A stretch of 64,000 nt of DNA from Lingula anatina (Eukaryota; Animalia; Brachiopoda). The notes under the pieces are model-generated. The model did not search any database and was not told the DNA's origin. It was given only the letters and a program-made list of their open reading frames with translations. Every line of letters starts with the position of its first letter. Position 1 is the first letter of the stretch. Below, in pieces: positions 13,301-25,200 of this stretch. The stretch spans positions 46,726,788 through 46,790,787 of the forward strand of contig CM120640.1 of the NCBI GenBank assembly GCA_051362555.1, written 5' to 3'. A program made the position numbers and the translations under genes.

Positions 13301-16300
13301 TTGAAAACGCAGCGCACCTTCTTCGATTTATAGGCTGCTCAAATCCAATTAGGAATAGAAAGACATTTTGAAACGCGGACAGTGAAGCATTAGATAAACG
13401 TCGCAAATCTTTTTCAAATAAAAAAGCGTTCTTACATGAGTCTGGTCTGAACCAGTTAGAACAGATAAAACAATACTTACTGATGTCAACTCCTCTAATC
13501 CAGGTATTTCCAATCTCCATCCTTCGTCGTCTGATAGATGAAAATGGAACTTATTCAATTTATACAACGCCATTACTTTTAGCAGCTTCAAAATATCTTC
13601 CTTCGTCCTAAAATTTCTTACGACATCCACGTGCATTCCTCGGAATGCATACCTGGGGGCGTCCTTTACTGCTATTTTAGGTAGTTTATTGTCCGGTGTT
13701 ATCAAGCTCAGCAATGTCTGTATGCCATAGAAAATTCCGGGAGCGGACGCTGATTGGATTTCTACATTTTTATTGCTATCGCTTATAGCAATGCTGTATG
13801 CCTCTGTGCTGGAACCCAAGCCATCTACTTGCACGTTTCCTTCTCTTAAGATGACGACTTTTTGCTGGGGCCCTGGTTCAGAGTCCACCACAGTCAGGGG
13901 TAAAGAATCTAAAAGTTAGAAATAGAGGATTAAACATAACAAATTCGTTATTGGAAAGTTTTTTTTTCTGAGACCTGTGCGATTGACAATCGACAGTAAA
14001 TTAACAGTATGAATGGACAAGAGTCAGTGTTTTAATATTCGATGCTTTAAATCCACACAGACAGCATAATGTGTAAAAATTGCATACATTTACTTCATAC
14101 CCGTCAAACTCCATGTCTCGTTGATAAACTTTGGGTCAGCAAACAACATCCAGTCCCCACTTCCCAAATCCAACATGACACTCGAGTCAACCATCAACTC
14201 CACGGGTTTTGGAATCACTTCCAGCGGACTCTTCCCGAGGTTTGATATGTCGTTTAGTTTGTATCGTTTTTCAGGGGTGTAAGGGTCGTAATAATCCTTC
14301 AGATCTTCGTAGTTGTATCGCTTCCATTTGGCGGCTGAATCCAGGGGGCCTACAAAGTTGAGGCTTTCACCTGAAGTACTTTGTATGACCCGAGGACTTA
14401 GAGATGGATTCAAACTTGCTACGTACCTGAAACCAGGATTTAATCAAAATTTTAATGGACAATTGAAAAAAACAAAAAAAACAGGTTCTTTACATTCTCA
14501 ATTATCTTCATCTGTCGTGACATATGTGAAATATACATAGAAAGCAATTTTCTTTTCGTATAAATAATTTCTATGTTCTTACTTTAAAGAAATATACTAA
14601 TTGGTTTTTGGCCTATAATGCTTACCAGTTTGGCATAATATCTGTCACAGCAATTGTCCAATACTGCCCTCTGAACTTAATGTCAAGTCGTTGGCCACCT
14701 GATAACGTTTTAAAACCAGCATCTGGCTGCAGCTTAAAAAGACAACCTTTAATATGGTATATCTCCATTCCAGCTGTTTTATAAGCTAGACCATCTGGGT
14801 ACGGCAAGTTCTCTGGCTCTATTAGTCTGATATGACAAAAGTATATGGCCCAATCGCCTTTCTCAATCGCTTCTAAACCTTTATTTGTCAGTGAAATCTG
14901 CGCGTCGTAAGTCTTCCACGTATCTACGGTGTTGTCTATAACGTCATAGCGGATTTCCAGGTTTTCACCCATGTAATCTAATGTTTGCTGCGTCTGACCT
15001 AATGCTGAAATGAAGGTAGATATCATACTGTAAATTAATCAATGTTCCTACTATTTGCCAAATTATAGAATAAATCAAAATGGCACTTTATAGACCATGA
15101 TGAACTTACTGGTATTTCGTAACGTTAACATGCGTAATTAAGTCTGCATTAGGTTAACTTAAGCATGTCACGGAAACAATATTACTGTCTATATTTAATG
15201 TAATCATGGAGCATAATTATAGTCGTTATCGCCATTGCCAGATCACAATGACACCGAGCCTCTCTAATATTTTATTTTCCCCTTGGTATACACCCTTCTT
15301 TATCACAGTTAACAAAATGACCTTTGACTTTACCATTAATAAAAAAATGAATGTGTTTTTAAGATGATCAAATTCAAACATTTATTACCGATCTGCTAGA
15401 AAGAACACAGGAAAGCGGAAATTTACAATCATGAATTCGAAAAATGTAATTTGAATTTTCGAACACTGCATGGAGATCCACAAACTGTATGTCCCAACAG
15501 TCGGGTCATTTAAAGTACTGTTGCTTTTCATGTAATTCATAATGGTGTTCTGATGTAAAAGAAATCTGAAATATAGCAAAAACTCAGAAGGTCCATTTCA
15601 TACGTACTGTAACTGTTTTTATTGAACCAAGGTAATAAAAATATTTTGTAAATATTTAAGCCTAGGGCAAATTAGTTCCACAAGTGCTCATAAAATGATA
15701 GAGCATTAAGCCCTTGACACTTTTATAAATCCAATATAAAATATTTGGTTTCCGCAGGGTACAAAATGTAATGATATAAAACCGTGAATGATCTGGACAA
15801 ATTGTTAACTATTGGAAGTATGAAAACCAAACAATGATGATAATAATAGAACTAATGATGATGATAATGAGAAAATAAGAGAAATTTTAATTTTTTTTAA
15901 TGTTAGAATATCTAGTGTAATTCAATGAAATCTTCACATACTACGGCATGTATTTGCTTCTTTCCCCCACCCGATACGTGTGTATAAGATTTCTACTTTT
16001 TGATATTGAAATCTGCATGGGGTGACGAGTAGATAGCAATCACTTTAAGCCTCGACATTTATTTGAATCAAAATAAATCTTCTTTTAAAATTGATCACTA
16101 CTGCATGACTTGACCTGCGACTTCGCGAAAAAAATCTAATTCTAGATCACGCACAAGGACACATACTATGACAAAAGATTACGATAACTGTTGGGAGACA
16201 GCCTTTTTTTCTAAATGTTTGGTAAAGGGAAGTTTGGCGTAGATCAAGGAGACATAAATGATTTGGATGGAACGTTTGAATGAATGAATAACTTAGCGCT

Positions 16301-17313
16301 GACTTAAGCCATTGGTGGAATGGTATCGCAAGTGCTATCTAAATTTGTTTTATAAATAATTCGACCCCAATACTTCAAATCTACCTTTGTTGGCCTTATT
16401 TTTAAAGCAATGATGAATTTATTAAATGTTATAGACATGCATATAATCCATTAAAACTGCATGTGTCTATAAGTTATTTAATCACGACAAAAAGCATTTT
16501 AATGTAGAAAGTAGATCAAAAATCAATTACACTGAAATGAGGCAGGGGATCAGTTGGAACAAACGGGCAAGAGCATCGTGTTATTTGCCGAAACGGTTGC
16601 AAAATTCACTTTGTTGAAAAATCCTCCTCGCGGCACTTGGTAAAGAGAAAGTGAATATTTTTGCGAGCAAAAATAATTAGGTCTTCTGTAAAGCATTCTG
16701 AAAAAATAGAAGTTTATGTTAACTTTTCAATGTCTCTATCGTGAAGAATGGTTATAACCAAAATTTAGGCAAATAGAATGTGGGATGAGCCATACGGAAC
16801 TGCATAATTTCTACAACTGTCACAAGCACTGGTGTTCGTCAGCCAGATCCTATCAAACAACCCACTACTGTGGTTGTTTTCCCAAGCTATTTTAAATAAA
16901 CATCATGAAACAGAACAGCCCGTGGATGTACAAAGAGAATTCGAAACAGAAACATTCCGAAGCTCATAAAAAGAAGCCTAGGGCCTGACAGTACATCTGA
17001 GTTAAATAGAAACGTTTATTACATAGTGTCTCATCTCTAGCTAGGATTTTAATAGACAAAAACATTAGCAGATGGCCCTGATTTACTTCAAATTTATAAA
17101 TCAAATACCGGAAAGAACGGATCCTAAGGACGTCCTAGTTCAAACAATACAATAGTGCTATGTCCTCTTTCTACACGTGCGATTTCAAGTACGGAGGTGT
17201 CTCTTTAGATAACCTATACGTATTTTCATCTTACCTGTATTACTTGATACACAAAGTAAAAACAACGCCAGTATAGCGTAGCCGTGTGTGGTTTCTCTCC
17301 AGCGTCTTGCCAT
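10397..17313 (-). CDS. GH20 beta-N-acetylhexosaminidase / chitobiase-like protein, copy B (909 aa; tandem paralogue of copy A)
   Basis: Ten exons with the same lengths as copy A: 17313-17235, 15004-14626, 14426-14101, 13908-13481, 13212-12642, 12399-12227, 11968-11731, 11476-11224, 10895-10755, 10538-10397. Catalytic HYGGDEV is intact. N-terminus MARRWRETTHGYAILALFLLCVSSNT. C-terminus ...VVASEGSTSPISIITLAALLLLSVCRVRELF*. Confidence 0.92.
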
Positions 17314-20024
17314 CCTTCTGTTAAGATCCTTTCGTTTCCTATGCTGACCCCTTTAAATGCTAAAGTAGAAAGTCTTGGTTAAGTTGTTGCTAGGGTGCAT
17401 ATCTAGTGTATCGTTGTCTTCTTGGACTTTAGTTGGCAAAAAGTATTCCAAACATGATCTGCATGGCTAAATAGCAGTGTACACTAATACACTGTGTGTT
17501 ACAAACTTTGTGTACGTTTGAATTAGGTCACTAAATAAAACGCAAAATCCCAATCTCGGAATTTGTGTTTTGGGTTGACCGTGCAGTTCACTTTACAACC
17601 AAGCGTACAAAAATGCAAACACATGTAATAAAAGATTAATTGCAGAATGCAAGAAGCGAAATTATAGAAAGAGGTCCAGAAAGTTTCCCCTTGCTCACGT
17701 CCGCCAGGGTAGTTACAATTATCATGAAAACGATAGTAATGCCTGTATTGGTTACTGAAATGATAAACAATGGATGAAAATATGAAATAACGCATATAGA
17801 AATCGTGCTTCCTCAGAATCGTACGTATTGAAAGAATGCATAACACTCTTGGGCTAAAAATTAACAACAAGAGACCGAAATGATCCACATTCTTGCGTTG
17901 GGAATTCACAGAGCAGCGTTGGGTCAGGCAATTTGATGTATAACCTATTGTATGAGACAAATGGCTAACCAAAGTTTGATGAGTTTTATTTCTTGATATA
18001 TGCAATGCCCTGTGGAACCCACAATTTACCGGTATTTGGTACACTCTTGAATAAAGAACGGCGAAGACATTTCACCAAAATTTTTCAATTCTTTCAATTT
18101 CGCCTACTAACAACTTGCAAAACGCACAACTAGTATGTTTTCCGAAAACCTGTAAATCTACATCAATGCACACTGACCGACACTATATCTATACTCTGCA
18201 TATATACTCGCGCTATGAAGAAAACTTATGCCATTCAAGATTAACAGATCAATCACTTATCGGAACATAAATATTTTGTACATAGTGACTCAATAGGTTG
18301 TGTATTAATGGATAAAAACTAGGAATGTTCTATTTTACCTGACAGATAGGCCTAGATACGTAGTTTCTACCTTCGTTCTGCTTATACACTGCCTTCTGTC
18401 TGTTCGCCGTCCCCTGTTGGAACTGGCACAGTGTATATTGGTATGAACATTAAAAACGTTTTACACAGTGGGAAATAGCCCCTGGTATATCTTCGTTTCC
18501 ATTTATCATTTGATAGCGATATAAATGACTATCATACTGACTTATGATTACTCATAATCTCACGATAAGTCCACGCGGATGTGACACTTTTTTTTTTTTT
18601 TTTTTTTTTTTTTTGAAAGGCAACTTGTTTTTTAGCACGGTGACATGAATTGGCCTTACAATGTTGTTATCGGGTGAAGTCAAGCCAACGACAGTGACAC
18701 AGTGAAGTACAGAGATCATCATCGTGACTTGCATTGTGTATACATTGTAGGCCTAAATAAAGACATGATAACATCCTATTGGCCTGATCCGGAATGTTGC
18801 TTAAGGACACAAGGGGAAAATTGTCTGCCTTTGCTCGTCAAAAATGGAATAGTAAACGAGTCGTGAACGAGAATCTGTTATGTTCGTTCGTTATTTTTTC
18901 TGGGCACACCAAAGCCTCTGATGTCACAGTTTTAATGCCGGTATTTCGTTCGCCCGGAGAGAAATTTATGGTTTTTCAATGTAATAATCTATCTAATGTC
19001 TAATGTAATTTTGAATTTCTAAGTCGTTATTACCGATCAGTTTAAATCATTTTAGCAAATTATCTTTTTAGGTGACTACATAAGCCTTATTCCTACATGC
19101 AAACTAGTATTTAGTTCAATATTGCTTTTTCACGTCCTTAGTACGAAATTTGTTTTGTTCTTTATATATATCACAACTCTTGTTTTGTGACCCTAGAAAT
19201 GTGGTTATAGTTTACCTGTAAATCTTGTGCCGTCGACAAAACAAGGAAATATTTAGGAAATAAGTTTGAATCATGTGCCATAACCACCCGTTTTGCGGTT
19301 ATAATGTGTCAGTTTTTCTTACTCTGTAGGGCTATAGGCCTATATACTACCCTCTACCGGGGTCTCTATAGCTGTTACAAAATTTGACAAAAGACAGCAA
19401 AGACATGTAGGACCTAACAGCTTGAGGAGACTGAGAATACATGTACCATTATTTATCCAGTAGATCATTATACCGGGTATGCCTACCTCATTTCATTTTT
19501 ATTGTCAAATGGCGACAGAACAATTAATAATGAAAATAAATAAAAAATCGAAAAATAGTAAATGATAAAAATTATAGATAGATAAGTAATTAAATAATAT
19601 AAATAAACAAATAAAAATGAAATTAAATAATCATAAAAAAGTACGAAATTGATTAAATTCAAATTAAAAACATAACACTATTTCGAAATTTCAATGATTA
19701 ATTCTCTAGGCAGAATATTTGTATTTAGATGCATACTTTATCATAAAAAAGAACAAGTCGAGAGAGAGACAGGACTTGGCCTCAGCAACTTTTTTTACCT
19801 AATAGTTAGTACTTTCAATCTTTGACGTTAGAGGTCACTAGCGTAAAAAGGATTAAAAACATTCACAGTTCATGAAAACCTGTGATTCAGGACACATTTG
19901 GTTTGGAATTGTTATGAATATAATTCAAATTATAAATATGACTCAAACTTATCCTGTATTTCATGACTAAGGTTTCTAAAGTTCAAATGATACTATCACC
20001 TCTTGAAACGTGCAACTTGCCAGT

Positions 20025-20108
20025 GTCACGTGACTAAGTCAGTTGCAAAATGGCGAAGGATTCCTTGACAGCATGTAAACAGCAGGAATGAGCATCGAAA
20101 AGGTGAGT
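20025..20108 (+). promoter_or_regulatory. Candidate core promoter and non-coding first exon of the ankyrin-MAP3K19-like gene
   Basis: Palindromic E-box GTCACGTGAC (20025-20034), Inr-like TCAGTT (20039-20044), YY1-like CAAAATGGCG (20046-20055) and a strong donor AAG|GTGAGT at 20102/20103. The site lies at the end of the CpG-normal zone, and the first coding exon begins at an acceptor (31776/31777), so an upstream exon is required. Confidence 0.5.
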
Positions 20109-20281
20109 AACTCTGATTGCAAATTGGATGCTGATAGAACCTTTGCTAACGCAGAATAAAATACTTGTTTATTTTGATCGTTTGTAACCGTATTCATCCT
20201 TAAATAGTTTGTGTTTAATAATTTTGAACTGATATGAAAAACTTGAACCCACCTTCCAAAAAGTGGCCAAAAAGACGTTAA

Positions 20282-22238
20282 AATAGGGACAGTCGGTCAT
20301 CCGGGCACTTTACCTTAGTAACCGGCATCTGGGGTAAAACAAATCGGGCAACATGGCGGATCGCATTGACTTCTATGTAAAAGTTGGCAGGCTTTATCCG
20401 AAGATATCATACTTCACAGTACCTGACCACTTGTGTCAGTGAGGATGAGTTATTTACCTGGTTGATTTCCTTTACAGGCTTTTGTAATTAGCTGCTGCAC
20501 ACCTGGTTAAGAGATAAAATCGGCCTTAACTGCCGCGATCGTTATCTGTGATCAGGAATCTTACAGTAGTAGATTGCAAAGACTCATTTGCTTACCTGGA
20601 TGAGCATAATATTCACATCTCATTGAAAAGATAACCATATGGAAGCAACTGATATTATCAAGGAAGGTTTCAATTGTACTAATAACTGTTGACGTTGCAT
20701 ATTGCTGACACATATGACGGGTACATTTTGCAGGTGTACTGAAGTGAACCGGTACTTTTTAACTCTCAGGCACGTACAAAAGTTAAATGGTGGAAGCTTG
20801 CTGTGTACCAGGTGACACTACCAACACATTAATAAAATCTAATGGGATTTGTTAAATTTCAAAGATCAACGGAAAAGTAAATGACTGTTGTAGGCTATAG
20901 GTCGTGCAAACGTGACTAAAGACGAGATTGTTGATCGAAACAAGATTTGGTCGTAGCTATACATGCACTACAAGATTTGTGTATGTGTGTATAGTTCATT
21001 TTATTATAGATAAGGAGAAAGTCATTGTACCTTGTTTGGTATTTATGTTTTTCATTTGTTACAGAAATTAATTAGTACATGTAGTAGTTACAAGAAATTG
21101 AGATTACATCTTGTTTTGGCATGTGTGACGTACGGTATATCAATTCGTATAGTTAAAATTAATGGGCTATAATGTCAAACTTTTTTGTTGTAAGTTATTG
21201 ATGGCGTCATAAAGGTAAGAAAAAATATGTACGTCAACATACTGTATTGACAAACCTGTGAGGTAATGTCTAAATCTTTAAGTTATCAAATTAAAATTTT
21301 TAAAAAGTTGCTATAGATAAAGCGACCTTAACTGTTAAAATAACATACAGCTTTATTGCCGTGTTTGTTATTCAATTTAATTTTAATCTTGTACGTTTTG
21401 AAACTTAACGTTCTCTCTTCCATGATATTTCGCCCGAAAAGTGCACAATAAGATTGTAAACACTCATATGACGCGTAGCTGCCAATATTAATACAGGTAA
21501 CACAACGTGTCTTCTCTTCCAAAAAGTTGGCAAGCAACTGTTTATGCTGTCCTTCCAGGCTTGCATTAATATACATATGAACTGTATACTGACCAAAGAG
21601 GCCATGGGACCGATGACATTGCCCCTATCCCGTTCCCCAGGCTATTGCAGCAGCAGGTGATTAAATCACAATTTGTAGAAATCTTATTCTAATAACATCT
21701 CAGTGTTGCACATTTCCCAGGCCTTTCTTACGATGCACGTTCTAAGAAGCCATTCCTATTTCACTACCAGTACCTCATGTACATGTACAGGTACTTATTG
21801 TGGACATTTGCGTATGCAATTAAGACCAATTTTATCCCGTAACAAGTTAAACAGTAGCTTATTACAAAGGCCTGCTAACTCAATAGTCCAGGTAAATGAT
21901 TCAACGCGCCAGACACAAAAGGTCAAGCACTGCCTTTGCAAAATATCTTCTGCTGTAAAATTCCCGATCACAGATAACGATCGGCAGTTATATTAAGGAC
22001 GATTTTATCTCTTAACCAGGTGTGCAGCGGCTAATTACAAAAGCCTGTAAAGGAAATCAACCAGGTAAATAACTCATCCTCACTGACGCAAGTGGTCAAG
22101 CACTGTGAAGAATGATATCTTCGGACAAAGTCTGCCAACTTTTACATAGAAGTCAATGCGATCCGCCATGTTGCCCGATTTGTTTTACCCCAGATGCCGG
22201 TTGCTAAGGCGTGTGACGTCAGCCCGACTGTCCCTATT
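20282..22238. mobile_element. Non-autonomous DNA transposon with ~300-bp terminal inverted repeats
   Basis: About 20282-20580 is the reverse complement of about 21935-22238 (termini AATAGGGACAGTCGG...CCGACTGTCCCTATT), with few mismatches. The ~1.35-kb interior has no transposase ORF. The TSD is ambiguous (TA is possible). Confidence 0.85.
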
Positions 22239-25200
22239 AAGTTGTAAAGGCAAAGACACTTTTAAAGTTAAACATTTAGATTCGAAACAGTCCAGGGTCT
22301 TAATGTGTTTTAATGCCTGTGTGTTATTTAGATTCTAAGAAGACTTCCAATGACTTTTATCTTAGAAATTTAGTCTAAATTTCTTTACTTAGCCAGATCG
22401 AAGCGAATACGGTCACAGTATCATGTTATTGGCAATTGTAGACAAGTGCCAGTGTAGCTACTGTATAATGCGTACGTAACTAAATTTATTGTGCCATGGT
22501 TTGTAAGCTCACAACATAATGACATCATATTTACATGGTTAGTGTGATTTTTTTTTTTTTTTTGTAAATTCTATTCAAAGTTTTTAATGTTAATTGACCC
22601 TTGTCACGTTTATGCCAGCATTAACAAGAAAACTTCGCGTATACTAACTCCAAATTTGAAGCTGAACTTACATAGGGTTCTGGCAAAGTCAGTGTTCTGA
22701 TAATGTATCTGTGAGGGATTGATATATATAGTTTTGCTAGAAATTCAGGATTTAGATTTGAATTGAATAAACCTTTAGTACTATATTACATGTAGTATTA
22801 CTACTAGTTTAATTACCAGTATCATATAGTTAGTTTATCCTTTAATTTATGAAATTTATATTTTTAGTTTATTGTTAGTTTTATGAAATGTGCTTGAAGC
22901 ATTTCTGAAATATGAGCACAGCTTCAAACAGGGAAACATCTTTCTAAATTGGAATTGAGGGATTCACTGCATGGATGACCTTTAACAAAAGACCAATCAA
23001 CAGAAATATTTTGACTGATCTTTTTTTCCATTTGATCCTGCAAGAATGCAATTAATTTTCTGTATAACTTCCTTTTTTGCCTTTCAAGTCAAGCTGTAGG
23101 ATTCATGGGAATATAGATTTAACATTTATCATGCAGCCTAAGTAAACTGTTCTATTTAAATATTGATCATGCATTCCCTTTACAGTTGTCCAATACATGT
23201 AACAGCTGTGCCTAAGAATGTCTGTTACATTGAATATTAACTGGACTCCAGAATTATTGTCCAATAACCTCATCCAAATAAGAAATTAGATAGTAAATGT
23301 GTACTGGAAATGGATTTGAAGACACTGCATGTGTAGGGACAGCAAGAACAGATACTTAGTAGGTCTCTTAAAACAAATCAAGTGTTGTCTTTGATTTGTA
23401 ATACTTATTCTTCTTTCTTATCAGTTTGATTAATTTTTTTGTGGCATTACCTTGATTGATGAGAATTGTATAATGCAGAACTGGTAGGAGTGAAGTTACG
23501 GTACTTCCTTGAGTGCATACTAATGTGAAATTTGATATTACAGTATCTTAGGAAAAATTAGTGAAATATGCAAATCTCACTATTGGCAATTAAAATCTTT
23601 ATTACAATTGTGTTCCAACATTGGTTTTTATAAAAGACACTTTACATAATATAATTGAAAGATAACATACAGTAATTAAACTGTCTCTTCCTAAGAAATA
23701 TAAGTGTTTTACGCTTTCAACTTTTTACCAACATAAAAAAGAAAATGTTAAGGGGAAGTTTTACCTCAATATTATTAGTTTTCCATTTAACTCAGTATAC
23801 TACCCTGTACAACTGAAATTGGCAAAATAAAAAAAGAAATTGTATCAAAATGTGCAGAATTACATTCCCACATCCCATTCATGCCTTGCCTTATGACACA
23901 GTAGCATTTTCACTACAATGAAAGAGCTTCTGTTCATGTAATACACAATGTTATGTCAACTTTCACCACAATCACAACACAAACTTCTGATCAAATAGTC
24001 ATTTATTGATTAACATTGCCATATGTTTGGATTCACTTCTTGCACTCACTTTACTAAACCATTATCAATACCCAATCAATACTAATTGAAATAAGACACA
24101 TGTAGCAGCTTGTGTTTAATGAAGAAGTAGACAAAGAGAGATGGCATGCACTTGTCCCTTTGTCTGCATGATCTTGTTGTGCTGGCTTGGCACATAGACA
24201 GGTGCGTATTTTGACCTTTACTTTGGTACTTGTAAGGCTAGGTTGGTGTCAGTTACATTCAGAGTATAGCATGTGTCTTTTGTGCGATGGCTTGGGTATC
24301 TTCTTTATATCATTTAGCTACTCTTTTAACTGGACCATGCAATAATATTTCAGATAACCTGTTATCAAAGAAGAAATTCAGATGTTCATGTTCAGTGAAG
24401 GCATTTACATAGATAGACGTTCATGCTGTTTTTGTTCCTACACCATGAAATATGGTGTGGACTAGTCCTAGGTTATATAGTGTAGGTCATGCCATATAAT
24501 ACATGTAGCATCGAATAGCTTTAATGCTGATATATGCTTACTAATAAGTGTTAAAAAGCAAAAAGGATGGAGATGGCACCTTGAAGGTTCAAAGTTTTAC
24601 CTCATATGTACTGGACCAAAATACTTATCAGAAGTAATTATTGTAAATTGTACATCTTTAATATTGTTATTGTTTATTAATATACTAGTAGGCTGTCCAA
24701 TGCATAACTTTGGCACATATAATATAGCATGTTTTAAACTCCTGAAATCAATTTTGCCCTGCAAATTGGACAATTTCTTCTTATTTATATATATGTCATC
24801 TTTGTTACAACTTACATGTACCTTCTAAAAACAAAAACAGTACAGGTACATGTATTTTTGTTCATGGATACATGTGTATATAAAATGTAACCAGAGAAAA
24901 CAAATACTAGTACTCCAAATTAAAGTACCTAGCTCAAAAATATAATTTATGCCATTAGCATCTTTTATCCCAATATGGAAAAAAAAAGAAAAACAGGTGA
25001 AAGCTGTAGACCAGATGGGTGTGAGGAAGTTGAAGGAAATTAGATACATCTAGCTGACATGGACTGGCCTATGTTTTGATAGAGACTCTACTGAATTTGG
25101 CCTTGTTTTGTTATACCAGCAGCCCAGGTGTAAAATACGGTTGGTTGCAATAGAAACTGGTGGGATACTGCAGTATGCTATGGTTTGTAGGAATTATTGC

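Noticed and set aside
1992-17313. Chitobiase pair as an uncollapsed haplotype or bacterial contamination
   Set aside because: Introns and exon 1 are far too divergent for alleles, and both genes have nine canonical spliceosomal introns.
17523-18044. 173-aa ORF on the minus strand
   Set aside because: Non-ATG start, no recognisable motif, no splice-compatible neighbours, and composition typical of a chance ORF.
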